The position numbers and the translations under genes are program-made. A stretch of DNA of 64,000 nucleotides. Origin: Calcarisporiella thermophila CBS 279.70 (taxonomy: Eukaryota; Fungi; Calcarisporiellomycota). The DNA lies in NCBI RefSeq assembly GCF_041956535.1, contig NW_027192194.1, positions 864,370 through 928,369 of the forward strand. Direction: 5' to 3'. Each line of letters begins with the position of its first letter. The stretch's first letter is position 1. The notes beneath the pieces are model-generated. The model ran no database searches. It had not been told where the DNA came from and saw nothing but the letters and a program-made list of their open reading frames with translations. Of the stretch, positions 26,398 through 39,820 are shown piece after piece.

Positions 26398-26469
26398 GCC
26401 GTTGTAGTATAATGGTTAGTACATCACGTTGTGGCCGTGATGATCCCGGTTCGATTCCGGGCAACGGCA
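26398..26469 (+). tRNA. tRNA-His: tRNA-His (GUG), intronless
   Basis: Cloverleaf: GCCGTTG/CAACGGC acceptor, D-arm GTAT..GTAC, TCACG-TTGTGGC-CGTGA anticodon arm, CCCGG-TTCGATT-CCGGG T-arm. Confidence 0.96.
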
Positions 26470-26543
26470 TTGATGGTTCGATAATTAATATAAATTTTAC
26501 TTAAAGAGAGTCAGATAATTGAGCGAGGGGCGGCTTAGTCTTG

Positions 26544-26570
26544 TCGCGTAAAAAACACGAAAATACGCGC
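26544..26570 (+). promoter_or_regulatory. Cluster of MCB/SCB-like G1/S elements upstream of the MBP1/SWI4-like gene
   Basis: TCGCGT (26544), CACGAAA (26556), ACGCGC (26565). Confidence 0.55.
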
Positions 26571-26745
26571 AATCTTTTAAATAAATCACTTCACTTTTCT
26601 TTATTTTCTTTTAAGTATTATCTTTTTATTGTGTGTTAAATCAAGCTAAATTTTTCTTTGAAATTTTCATGTTTATGTAATATATTTTGCTGTTCTCCTC
26701 ATTACAACTAATTCTTGTACTATACCTACTCATTCCTACCAGAAA

Positions 26746-29452
26746 ATGTGCCGAATTTACTCGGCGGTTTATTCGGGAGTCCCTGTTTATGAAATGTCGT
26801 GTCGAGGCATTGCAGTAATGAGAAGGCGTGCTGACAACTACCTGAACGCAACACAAATTCTCAAAGTTGCGGGAGTAGAAAAAGGGAGGAGAACAAAAAT
26901 TTTGGAAAGAGAAGTTCATACCGGTCACCACGAAAAGGTGCAAGGGGGGTATGGCAAGTACCAAGGAACATGGTAGGTTGTTTTTCCCGACGCAGATGGA
27001 CTTATGATTCCCATTGGTAATTATAATTTGCCTTTAAATCAGGATTCCATTTGAAAGAGGTATAGAACTTGCAAAAAAATATGATGTTTTGGAGCTTGTG
27101 CTCCCCCTCCTCGATAGCTATCACTCCGGGGGAAATAAAGATCGCACGCCCACCAAAGAAGAGGCAAGACAAGCCCGTAGGCGAGAGTTATCTGACCAGC
27201 CTGCTGTTATAAGTATGTATGCAGATAAATTATATTCAAAAAGCTCGATATTTTGCTTTTTCTAAAAAATTTTTCTCGAAAAAAAGCGAGTCGTGCAAAG
27301 ACCCCTTCTCCGATTAAGCGTTCATCCACATTCTATTTACCCTCTTCCCCTGTTATCAATCCAAATTACGATATTGGCCTATCATCAGAGGTTGGTACAC
27401 CTGGACCTCTATCGTCATCTGTCTACTACGATGTTGCCGAACACCCAACTAGCGACTCTGGGAGTGGTATAGATCAACGCGACCTATTGATGTCACTATT
27501 TCTGTCGGAGAATCCAAATCACTATGTTGAGCAATTTACTTCGCCTGACCGTGTTACCACACTTGACCTAAATATGCATCTCGATGAGAAGAGGAACACA
27601 GCCCTGCATTGGGCATCATCACTTGGCAGAGCGGACATTGTAGAAACCCTTCTTAACTGTGGTGCTGACCCACATCGAGTGAATTTATCAGGAGAAACTC
27701 CCTTGATGCGAGCTATTTACCACCCCGGAAATGGCAACAATAACACATTTCCAAAACTAGTTCGACTTCTTCGGGATACCATTCCAAGCGTAGATCTTAA
27801 AGGACGGACTATTTTCCATCACGTCGCCCTGATGGCTGGAGATAAAGATCGCGCGGAAGTAGCCAAATTCTACATGAGTTCTTTGTTAAATTATTTACTA
27901 CAAGAAGCTCGAGATACACTAATACTGAATAAGCGCGATAATAATGGAGACACAGCATTTACAATTTCGGCAGGTTTAAACGATCAAACGATTATGCACC
28001 AGCTCCTCAGCATCGGAGCAAATCCGACTAACAACGACAGTCACCCAATCCAACTTTCTGATTTGGAGCTTGATTTATCATCCACTCCTGCGCCTGTGGA
28101 GCTTGAAGTATGCCTCATCTATCATACTTCGACTCCTATGATGAGCTAATTTAATTTTTTCAATACAGATTAATGATAATTCTTCAGAAGATGATGCCGC
28201 AACGATTTTAGACGGTAGTACCAGGCGTGGATCTCCTCGATTTTATGACGTAGCTCTATCTCCACCCCGGATAATAGAAGGGAGCGAAATAGGCAACGAT
28301 TCCCCTACTTTGAAGGCTGCGGAACGTAGTAAGGAAGCTTCAGCAGCGAAGCGTCTTGCTCTCGGTGCACCTGTGATCATTTCAGGGTCTATTTCAAAGC
28401 CTTCACCTTCCAGAATTTCGAACTCAGACCAAACCTATGATAGCAGCAACATATTGGATACACCAGTTCCTGGGCGAATTCTTAAAAGAAAAAAAGACGT
28501 TAATGAATCAGATGGTATGAGATTTTTTTTTAATTGTGCAATTGTTTCTTGTAGTGGTTGAGCTTTTTATTGGTGAATAGTGTTCCAAAAGCTCATTGAT
28601 TTGGCGACACAATGCAAACAAAGACTGGAGGAGGAGCGGTTGCGAATACAATCTGAGAAAGAACACGAGTTCATGCTTAAACTAGCAGATAGAGATCAGC
28701 GAATTACCGAGTTGGAAAAGCAAAATGCTGAACTACGGAAACAGCTGGCTGATATGAAAGGAAGTGAGGATCATGGTCGAGCACGGAAACGACCGAGGCG
28801 CGATCAAACTCCTGTGACGATTCGACCAAAACCAAATAATAACGACGCAACTGCAAACTCTAGACGGCGTAGCCCATCTGCGTTATCGGTTGCATCTGCT
28901 GCATCATTCACATCGGCAGCATCGGATATTGGTAAAGAAAAACGTGCTGTAAGAGATAGTGGCTATGCTCCGAGCGAGTCTACTGAAGGAGAGATGGTAA
29001 TTGAGGCGTCTGGTTGTGCTCCACTTACCAGTCATGATCACTCGCTCCCCCAGGAGTTAACCTCAAATAATCACTCCCAACACAATAGTGAACAAGCTCA
29101 ACAAAACGGAAATTCTCTGCAAGCGTTACAGGCTCATTTTGAAAATGAACTTGTGATGTTGGCAGAACGAACAGAGAATGGAGATATGCGTCCAGCTTTG
29201 TACGATAGCCTGATGGGAATTCCGATGGAACAGCTCGTGAACATACTCCCACAACTAGTTCAGGCATTAAGCGTGCCCGCACTCTCAGCCCATGCACCTG
29301 CTACACCCACATCAGCTCCAATTCTCCCCAAGACCCCATCTAAATCCTCGCCTATTAAAACGACAACAAAATCTCCCACTAAATCACCCTCAAGATCTCG
29401 TGTGAAAGGCGCCTTACCAACTAGGTCGTCCCCTCGCAAGATAAGGCGGTGA
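26746..29452 (+). CDS. MBP1: MBF/SBF transcription factor subunit (APSES/KilA-N domain plus ankyrin repeats; Mbp1/Swi4/Res1/Res2 family)
   Basis: [46 protein letters not shown]|IP; [31 protein letters not shown]; coiled coil. Confidence 0.9.
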
Positions 29453-29844
29453 ATTCTTCAGCCTACACTCTCCTTCTCCCCTTTCTCTTTCATGCGTTTC
29501 CACTTTTGTAGCTACAATTATATCTAACTAGGTGACGTTTTTAATAGGCCTGGACCTATTTTGCATTGAAATCGCATTCCACTTCTTTCAACAATTAGAT
29601 TTAGAAAGTGGTTTATAAAGTTTGATTTTATGGAAATTGCCTTTTTTTCTTCCTATACTTTCTTCCTGTTTTATTTACTCTTGCTTGTGTTTGTTCAATA
29701 GTAATATTTGTTTATATAAAATATATTATTTTTAAAAACCGAAAGATATATATTTAAATATTTTAATATACGGTTTCTCTAGCCAATTATTATCAAATCA
29801 TGCAATAATTGGCAATAATGGAAGCAAGAAAATAAAAATAATTG

Positions 29845-32800
29845 CTACAGCCAAATTACACGTTTCAATCTATGCCTAACTCTCGCCATAAGGCTAGTGT
29901 ATTTTTGCGCCTGTTCCAAACTTAAAACCAAAAAGGCTTGTTAGCATTCTTTTAGATTCGAAGGAAGTATACCTTATGTAAATATACCTTATGATTGCAT
30001 CCTCTTTCACTCGAAGGCAGTTTCTAACTTTCTGGCAGGCTTCCACAATTGTCGCTGTGATCCGATCCACAGTCTGCTCTGCATTTTCTAGTGTAGTCAA
30101 CACAGTATCCCCCGACTCTTGCTCGAATAAATTGTCTCGAATCATTTTAAAAGCTGAAAACTCTAAACTCTCCTGCTGTTGCACTTCGCGAGAGGTAGAA
30201 GCTTCCGATGAAAAGACCAAGGAAAGAGGGTTGGAAGCCGGGTTCAATTGCTCGTTTTGGATGCATCCCGAGTTTAAGCGCATCCGCTCTTGAATAGTAT
30301 ACGAGAGGATGAATCCATAATTTTCAAAGGGATCGATCGATGCGGAATCAAATGTCGACAAGATGTATACCCCTTAAAACAAATAATGTTTATTGAGAGT
30401 CACCTACTGGTTGAAAGATAAACAAATTTACCCCTTTGAATCTCGGTGATCCTCTCAAGCTCGATGCGCTGGAATCGAACAACTTTCTCAAGCTTATAGT
30501 GAAAAGTGCATATGTAAATTGCCTTCTGTGTTAAGAGCAACACTTTCTCTTCGTAGGATTTGCTTCGGCTGTATAGATGATAATTTAATCAGCTAAATGC
30601 AAGTGAAATTTCAAAGCAACTTTCATACACTTGACACGGTTCAGTAGGTGAAAGCAAAGTCCAACCAGCAAGTAGTTTTTCCTCATCGTGAATTACAATC
30701 GAAGCACTTACATTAACTAATATAATTTAGAAAGTAGATTTATAATAATGTCCAGTTGCAAACTCAAAGAATAGTTTCAACTACTTACTAGCATTTTCTC
30801 GAATTTTTGCCCATCGCAAACTTTCGCCTGGTTCTGCCGAATTAGCTTTTTCTTGTATTTGAAGTAGAATATCAATTTTGTGATGATTAAGCAAAAAATC
30901 GATGAGTGCCTGTCTCCAAAAATCTCTCACGATGTTATAATACTTAGAAAATCCTTGAATGTCAATATATGTATCTTAACGCTGTGATTCACTGGTACCT
31001 TACCATTCGTGACAGTGAATTCGACGCGTCATTGAAAATTCCTTGAAAATTCCGCCTTCCTGTTTTTTTTAATCAATAACATGTAATTTTGTCAGAAATA
31101 AATATGGTTTATATTTTACAATCGACCTACCGGTTCTAATAAATAATCGCAATTCCATAAATATATGCCAATAGAAGCATTTTTTTTTGATGTCAGTAAA
31201 GCGAAAAAAAAAATAAAAGCTATGAACTATACCTAGTAAAATCCCCTTTCAACGCACTACTACTTGCATACTCGAGACTAATAGCATCCCCATTGTTAGC
31301 CCACACTAGAAGACATAGATATAGTATAAAGAATATAAAAATGCCCATGGTAATTAGATAATGTCGTTAATGCTTACTGTGGTTGAAGGTAATCTCAAAA
31401 TCGTTAAAATAGGAAAGCCCTTTCTCTGGATATATTGCAATTCCAAGCCGCATTAGCTGGATATTAAGGACAGTACGTGCTAGAGCACTCTGTACCACGT
31501 TTGTTCTATCAAGGCAGTCCATACAATTCTGCAATGGAAAAATTAGTAAAAATAGCCTCAATTAGTTTAAACAGTTTAAAATCAGTTTAAATATATACCG
31601 TCCTGAAAACACCAGTTTGTTCAGCAAATATCATGTCTGATGGTCCAATCCAAAAATATCTAAGAGAAATGGTGGATTATAAATAAAGGAGGCCGTCCAT
31701 TTAAAAGCAAAAATAAACGCCTAAAAATTACCCAGATCGACTAAAACTGCTCTCCAACAGAGATATTAATTTCTGGACATTCTCGTATTTCATACCCTTG
31801 CATTCGGCATGAAAATCAAATTCAACATAGCTAATTGTAAAATATGATTCAATAATAAATACGCGTAGAAAAATTCAATAATTCACTCAACTGGTTTTGC
31901 GAATCTGACAGTCGTTTCATATATCGACGGTATTCACCGCCAATAATCTCCTCTTTTCCAGACTGCTCTACCAAATTAAGCACAGTGATACGGCCATAGC
32001 GCTCATTTATACTGTCAAAGTGTTTCCTTATCGCGGCATAATTTTCATCTTCTGTGCGCTCAAGAATAGGTGTTGGTTTGAGACTAAAAGGAGATTGAGA
32101 GAAAAAAAGAGGGACTAGGGGCAGAGTCAGATTATGAAAAATGAATTCAATTGAGCAGATGTGATAGCATACTTGATCCTCGAATTTGTACAAAAGATGT
32201 CCAGTGCACCGCATCTTCTAGCTAACAATCAGGCATATAAAATCTAAGTAATAAATGCAGCCGCAGCCACGCTGAGAGTCTCACCTCAAAACAGACAATC
32301 TGTTCCGTTTCGACAAAATTTGCCACTTCTCCTTTAGCATTGACACCTCTCCGCTGGAAACGTAACCCGGCTCTTTCACGACTTCGTCTCGAGATCAAAA
32401 TAAGATTTAATGATTGATCTTCTAGCTTACATTCTCTAATTTCTATATAGCCTTGCATGATAACAGTGATCCATTCGTGTAGCTATGAGGAACAGATTGG
32501 ATTAAAAGTATATCTAGCTAGATAGGAGAAAAAATCTACCCCAGCCTGAATGAAAGTGTCCATTAAGTGCTCGTTCCACCAAAATCTTTTGTCAGCCATT
32601 TGCCATAAGAAGAGCTGAGAAGTTTGTGATGCATTATTATGTGAAACTTGAAGCGAGTGGGTAATATCTAGAGTTGAATTAGCGATCAATATTATGAAAT
32701 GCAATGTCTAAATTACTCACCAAGTTCATTGGAGAAATAAAAGACACCATGACTGAAAAAGCTTTCAATATTTTTTACAATTTTTCTATCCAATACGCCC

Positions 32801-33894
32801 TGATAGCATTGTGTCTCGCTTAATTATATATATATTCGATAACAATGACTTATACTAACCAGATCATCGCTGCCATCGTAATAATAATATGGTTTTTTTT
32901 CAGTCGAGCTAACGCGGTTTTCCTGATTTTCATCTTCAACTCTCTCTTCCAGAATAGGTGGTTTTTCTTCGTGTTCCAGTGTAATTTCCATTTCCATATC
33001 AGACAGATCCGTTTCTTCATTTTCCGTATCTATCTCGAACTCCGGTTGAATAGGAGAAATTGTCGAGGGAGTTTGTCCCTTGAAAGTTTTCCGGATAATT
33101 CGATTCAACAATTTCAACGGCTTAGTCGCAGGACGCTTAGAATGTTTGGGCAATGGTGAAGGCAGGTCAGTTTCGCTCGTGCTAGTGCTAATTCCGGACT
33201 GTTCATTAGTTGCAGCAAAACTTTCTGTCGAAGTTTCCGAAGATATTTTTCGCACAGATACAATAGAGGCATCAGATATGGGGTCGGAAACATCACTTGC
33301 TTCCGCATCATCGAAAAAATCATAGACTGCAACCTCAGTCAACTAAAATAAAACGCCAATATAAATTAGTATATTTTAAAAATCGATAACTGTAACGCCA
33401 CCTTTCTCCCTAAAAGCGTGAGGCATCGGTTATAATCTAAAGGAATAGCAACTACTTTTGCGAGAGAAAAGATCTCCTTTCCCCCTATTTTTCCACATGA
33501 CTTTCGTGAGGTAATGACAAGAAGATAAGAATCTGATAATTTCAAAATTAATGGGACTATAATTAGCCTCATACATATGAAATAATTTACTCTTAAAAAG
33601 TTTGACAATCCCAACGATCCCGAAGATTTCATAACGCTTCGCATCTTTTGGCAGAGTACATTCATCTTGTTGGGAAAAAGAAGAAGAGAGGGTCAGTAAT
33701 GAGCTGTGAAAAATTTGTGGAATTTTAAAAATGGATGCCCTACCTTTTTCTATAACCGTTGGGCCATCAAACAATATTTCAAGCACTTTTCGGCGATATG
33801 ATTGAAGCTGTAGTATAATTGCATGTCGCTCTAGAAATAATGTATAGTGCCGCTCTGTGTGTACACCTAATTGTGTATATATAGTAGCAGCCAT
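29845..33894 (-). CDS. SAC2: Sac-domain phosphoinositide phosphatase with hSac2 domain (SAC2/INPP5F)
   Basis: [43 protein letters not shown] catalytic motif, [20 protein letters not shown]-terminal hSac2 region; about 20 exons. Confidence 0.9.
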
Positions 33895-34233
33895 GAAGCG
33901 GAATGAGTGATTTCCGTTGTAAGTAAAGAGGATTTGGCGACGCGTGATAAAACGCACAGTCACGTACAGTTTAAGTTACACAACAGAGGAATGCGATCGG
34001 CCATCAGTAATGAAGAAAAGAGAAATGCTGAGCGGCAAACCTTAGCTATGTTATAAAAGTCGACAAATCGTTTTTCTTTTCTTCTCTTTTTTTTTCCCTT
34101 TGTCGAAGCATTTTTATAATTCTCTTTCTATTATCTGCTCGTTTCCTCACACTCACATATTGTAGTAACTTATTCGCAAACTCTTTGAATTATATTCATT
34201 CTGAAATTACTTTAGTCCTAGTGTATTCTAAGA

Positions 34234-35542
34234 ATGGACAATGTCAAATTATCCTGGCGCGCCTCCCAGGATGATAATCGACAATTCACGCTGGTTTTAC
34301 AAGTAGACAACCAACCGCTATATCAGCAGGATTCCGAGCCCACACCCCTTCAACCCTGGGAGTCACCCAAAGAGGAGTATTCTCAGCTCCCCGCATATCA
34401 AGACAAAGACTTCGGTGTGAAAACAGAAAAGGTTGGCGTCTATTCTAATTAATTTATTAACACTGCATCAGTAATTATTAACTATGCCTACTTTTTTATC
34501 CCATCCAGGCAAATTTCCCACAAGACATGGATATATTTTCCTTCGATATGCCCTCTACACCCTCATCACTCTCTCTTGATGTCTCCATTCCAGAGATAAC
34601 CACAACCATCCCAAACTCTTCTCTCCAAACCACGTCCAACCTAAACACCAAACAAGAACCAAGAGCAGATAATGATTCAGGGTATGTGATTGCAGTGACT
34701 TGAGGCATATCTCTGCCAAAACTCTGATTTTGATTTTGATATTTAACTGACCTCTGGAAAATAGAAAGAATATCGTCAAAGGAAGATGGAGCGATGAGGA
34801 GACGAACCTACTCCAAGATGCAATTGAGAGATATATAAATCAACGCGATATCTCTGGCAACCCAATCCCAATCCCTTGGCATAAAATAGCCCAAAAAATA
34901 CCACACCGAACCGCATCACAATGTCAATCACGTTGGGAGGAATCGCTCAACCCTACGGTCAGGAAAGGCAAATGGACAGACGAAGAAGATAGATTACTCA
35001 TCGCCGGATACCACCGCTATGGAAAATGCTGGATTCGAGTAGCAGAAATGATCGGTGGACGCACACAAGTAAACACTTCCCCTTCCCCCTTAATCCATTT
35101 CTATTTTTTCTCTCCCACCAATTGATCACCGCTATGTTATCTTTTTTATAAATAGAGACAGTGTCGCACCCGATGGCTGCAGATTCAGAACCGAATTAAA
35201 CGAGACCACGAGAAGCGCCTAGACGTAATGCGCTCTGCTTCCCCTCCCAATCCACAGCCGCTCTCAACATCCCTTCCAACATCAGAGTCATACGAAATTT
35301 ATCATTCAACCCCACTTCTGCGCCAACATACGTTCCCCTTCCGGGGATATATACCCTTCATGCACCACACGAATCAAGGCATTCCTTCGCCTCCTCAGAG
35401 CGCCACCTTTCAACAAATTGAATATTCAACCACTCCACCCTCCTCTTTTTCTTATAGTTTCCCTATGTTTTATGGCCGACAGGATGATACAGATATGCTC
35501 TCTCCGGCTTCTTCAACCGGTGTTGAGAGCCTTGGAGAATGA
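34234..35542 (+). CDS. Myb-repeat transcription factor
   Basis: KGRWSDEETNLL..WHKIAQKIPHRTASQCQSRWEESLNPTVRKGKWTDEED..YGKCWIRVAEMIGGRTQ|RQCRTRW; 4 exons. Confidence 0.88.
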
Positions 35543-37284
35543 GCAGGTACAGATATCGAACAATATCTTGGCATCTCACTAAAAAAATAGTTTGTATTTG
35601 AACACTTTTCTTTGATTGTTGAAAAATTGTGGTGTTTTTGCGGATTACTATTCCTATATAACCTTTTAAAAAACAAACATCTAGTCAAAACAAATAAAAT
35701 TGAAAATAGATAATTGAAATCATTTATCAGAGTAATATAACTCCACAAATCTTGTCCTTTCCACTGGATTAAATTGCCATAAAAGAGCCCAGCAATACAA
35801 ACACAATGTTTCTAGCAATTCAATTATATTATGCAACGCGATGTGTTTGTTGTATAGGTGAAAATATTTGTAAGGAACAAAAAAAGTATGTTTGACTGGC
35901 CAGTTTAAAGGATGAACTCATTCCAATAATCGATCCGTCAATGGCTTTCGCATCGTACTGTTCGTATTCGATCTACCCGATCACTATTTAACAGGTTCTT
36001 CGCTTTAAATACTAGCTAATTGAAGCAACGCAAAATTTTTCTAAAATGCGTGCTTACGAATAACGGATATATTTCCAATCAATAATTCTGCACTCTGCAT
36101 CTTGCTAAATATGCCGCAATAAGTATATGCTTGCTTCGTTGAGTAGAGCACGCGTTCACTTCTCAGCATAACTATCATTTTGATGCATTAATTTTCTCAA
36201 GAATATGCAATTCATGATGGATTCATCTTTACATTCACTTATTCTTTAGTGCATTTGGGCTAAGGCTGAAATTGCAGCGGGAAACGCACTAATATGAAAC
36301 TAAATAGCATTATAGAGATAATTCTGAAATCTGTTAAATTGCAAGAATATGAATTTTTTGGTAAGTGTTATCTAGCTTAATAGTGCCAATAAAATGGAGA
36401 GCTATACATGGTTTCAGAAATAATAGAAATATTATTTGATCAAGCCCTAAAATGAGATAATACGTATAAAAGTTCTGTGTGAAAGTAAGTCTAGAAAGGA
36501 TGTCTTAATGTATATCAAAAGTTGCGCGATGGATTTGTTTTGTTTATCCTACTGGGAATTTGGGCGGTTTTTATTGCTGTGATTACAATGCCAATACGAT
36601 AATTTATTTTAGAAGGTCAAGTGGTTTATTCACCCCCTCCTTTTCTTTCGAAGCTTATCGGTTTCATACTCTCCATGTCGCACATAAGCAGATTATCAAA
36701 CCATCGATGGGAGCGCAAGATTTTCTTCGAAATCTACAAGTTTCAATATTGTTGCTATTCGAGTAGATTTTTTCTAGATTCCTAGATCCAAGTTGATATC
36801 ATTGAAGTCCTTTGTATATTAGCTAGATTTTGGTTTTGTTTTTAGAACCAGGGTCATAAGATATATGCTTGAATGTTTATAATGATGGGAAATATCTTGA
36901 GCAGTGCTATTAAGCATAGCCAAGCTGACTTCTCTTGATACGTTTTTTGTTAATGCCTTATTTTGACACTTTCAACAATTCGATGGTGGCAACAAGGATA
37001 TCTCTCCGAGTTCGCCCGCAAAATTTTCACGCGTTCTAATGCATCACCTAGACTTTCTAACCCCGGCCGTATCTTTTAAATTTCTCCAAACGCTTACATC
37101 TCTCGTTGCTTCTCTCCAAGTCTGCTCAAACTCGAACTAAACTATTTGTAAATAAAAAGGTAAATAATTGTGAGTGAGGCTAGGCTCTAGAATTTAAATT
37201 CAAAGAGCCCATTCTGAGACTCTTTTAGACATTCGAATTAATTCGCGGTTTCTTGATATTTTTTTAGTCAATTATCTAACAATC

Positions 37285-38385
37285 ATGGTTAAAGTCACCA
37301 TCTGCGGAGCCGCTGGCGGTATCGGTCAGCCACTCAGTCTTCTCCTCAAGAACTGTGACCTGATCAGTCACCTTTCGCTCTATGATATTGTGAACACACC
37401 TGGCGTTGCCGCCGATCTTTCTCACATTAACAGTAAGGCTAAAGTCACCGGTCACATTGGCAACGATGCCCTCCCCGAAGCCGTGAAAGACTCTGATGTT
37501 GTTGTCATTCCCGCTGGTGTTCCGCGAAAACCCGGTATGACTCGGGACGATCTGTTCAAGATCAATGCCGGAATTGTGCGAGATCTTGCGACTGCATGTG
37601 CTCAGCATTGTCCCAAAGCTTTTATGCTTATTATCTCCAACCCAGTAAACTCGACAGTCCCGATCGTGGCCGAAGTATTCAAGAAGCACAATGTCTATGA
37701 CCCCAGACGGTAAATTTTTAAACGTCTCGGAGTTTTGGAATTCCTTTTAATACTATTTTTAACGAGCAGCATTTTTGGTGTTACTACTCTTGATGTGGTG
37801 CGCGCGTCCACCTTCGTTACCGAGGTCAACACTTCTCTCGATCCGCGCACCACGCGTGTTAATGTCATCGGCGGTCACTCCGGGGTTACCATCATCCCCA
37901 TTCTGTCGCAAGTTGCCCAATTTTCGCAAGAGCAAACCGACGCCCTTACCAACCGCATTCAGTTTGGTGGTGATGAGGTGGTTAAGGCGAAGGCGGGAGC
38001 TGGCTCGGCTACTTTATCGATGGCTTATGCCGGTGCCCGCTTCACAATTGCTGTGCTCGAGGCGGCTTTCGGTGGAAAGAAGGGCAATGTCGAATGCTCA
38101 TATGTGGATTTGAATGCGGATCCACAAAATGGCGAGCCTGTGAAACAATTGAACGGAGGGCTGCCATATTTTGCCGTACCGGTTGAACTTGGAGTAGGTT
38201 TTGAAACTCTGATGGCTAAATGATGGCATAGTTAACCTGATTTTTCATTTTGTTAGCCTAATGGCCTTGAAAAGATCCACTCCATTGGGCAGATTACTAC
38301 TTATGAGAGACAGCTCATTGAAAAGGCCATCCCTGAGCTTAAAGGAAACATCGAAAAGGGTGTGTCTTTCGTCCAACAAAATTAA
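37285..38385 (+). CDS. MDH: NAD-dependent malate dehydrogenase without a mitochondrial presequence
   Basis: [57 protein letters not shown]; 3 coding exons. Confidence 0.96.
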
Positions 38386-38631
38386 TTTTAAACCGTTTTT
38401 TATTTGATTACTTTTGAAGTATAAATATCAGTAAAGTCTGTTTATAAGGTGCAAAGAATTCAATTGAAAATAAATTAATAGCGGGCAAATCTCCATCGCA
38501 ATGAAATATTGAAGACTCTCTTCAAATAATGTAAAAAGGGAGAAAATTGATTGGTTAGAAGTTTAAATTGGAAGTTGCGAATTTTACGAGTAATGCATAA
38601 TGAAAAAATAGTAATATTAGGCGTACAAAGC

Positions 38632-38945
38632 TTACTAAGAGGGTTAATTGAGACATCAAATACCCCTTAAACTTTGATATGTGGACCCATCCAGTCACCT
38701 TAAGACAATTTGTTAGGCATATCGCCCTATAAAAAACGCGAAGTCTTGGAAGAAATATATTTAAAAGATTAACGCTCTTTGATTGTTTAGTAGAGTATCA
38801 ATTCTAAACAATCAAGACCGCGCTCGATAACACCAAAGATCCTGTTCTTACATGGATATACAATGAAACTCTTAAATTTTCGACTGGGTAATGAAAAATC
38901 GTCCGATGCAGCAGTGTGACTGCCAATTAGTTCAACCTTACGTCA
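38632..38945 (+). promoter_or_regulatory. Stress-response elements upstream of peroxiredoxin
   Basis: Yap1-type TTACTAA (38632), TGTGACTG (38915), CCAAT, CRE-like TTACGTCA (38938). Confidence 0.45.
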
Positions 38946-39035
38946 CCCAGTAAGATAAATGCGATCCGAAAACATCCCTGCCAAAACTTCTCTTCTTTTT
39001 TTCTATTTGTTTCCAACGATAAAACACTCAAAGCA

Positions 39036-39820
39036 ATGTGTACGTCGATGTTGCAAAATCTTACGTGATTTGTTTACTAAAATGTGAATCATTTTGGAAA
39101 AAAATAATAGGCGCCCAAGTTCAGAAACCCGCTCCCTTCTTCAAGGGTACTGCTGTAGTCGACGGCGAGTTCAAGACCATCTCCCTCGATGACTTCAAGG
39201 GCAAGTACCTCGTTCTTTTCTTCTACCCTCTCGACTTCACCTTCGTGTGCCCTACCGAGATTGTGGCCTTCTCCGACTCCATTGAGGAATTCAAGAAGCG
39301 CGATGTTAATGTTGTTGCATGCTCTGTTGACTCCGAATTCTCACACCTTGCTTGGTAACTACACATCTCTCTCTATGATAAAGAACTGCTCAGCTTAACA
39401 GAGCCCTTACATAGGATCAACACTCCTCGCAAGGAGGGAGGTCTTGGCGAGATGAAGATCCCGATTCTTTCTGACATCACCAAGAAGGTATCCCGTGACT
39501 ACGGCGTCCTCATTGAGGATGCTGGAGTCTCCCTCCGTGGTCTCTTCATCATCGACCCCAACGGCATTGTCCGCCAGATCACCATCAATGACTTGCCTGT
39601 TGGCCGCAATGTCCAGGAGATCCTTCGTCTTATTGATGCCTTTAAGTTCACTGATGAGCACGGTGAGGTTTGGTGCGTATCATTGAATTGACCCCTTTTT
39701 TTTGCAAATGGAAATTGATATAATTTTGTTTTTTATAGCCCTGCCAACTGGAACGCTGGCTCTGCCACCATGAAGGCCAACCCCAAGGACTCGAAGGAGT
39801 ACTTTGCCAAGCAGGCTTAA
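39036..39820 (+). CDS. TSA1: Typical 2-Cys peroxiredoxin
   Basis: [28 protein letters not shown]; 4 exons including a 4-nt first coding exon; strong C-ending codon bias. Confidence 0.96.

Noticed and set aside
39036-39820. Selenoprotein peroxiredoxin (Sec occurs in some early-diverging fungi)
   Set aside because: Both catalytic residues are TGC; no in-frame TGA seen.
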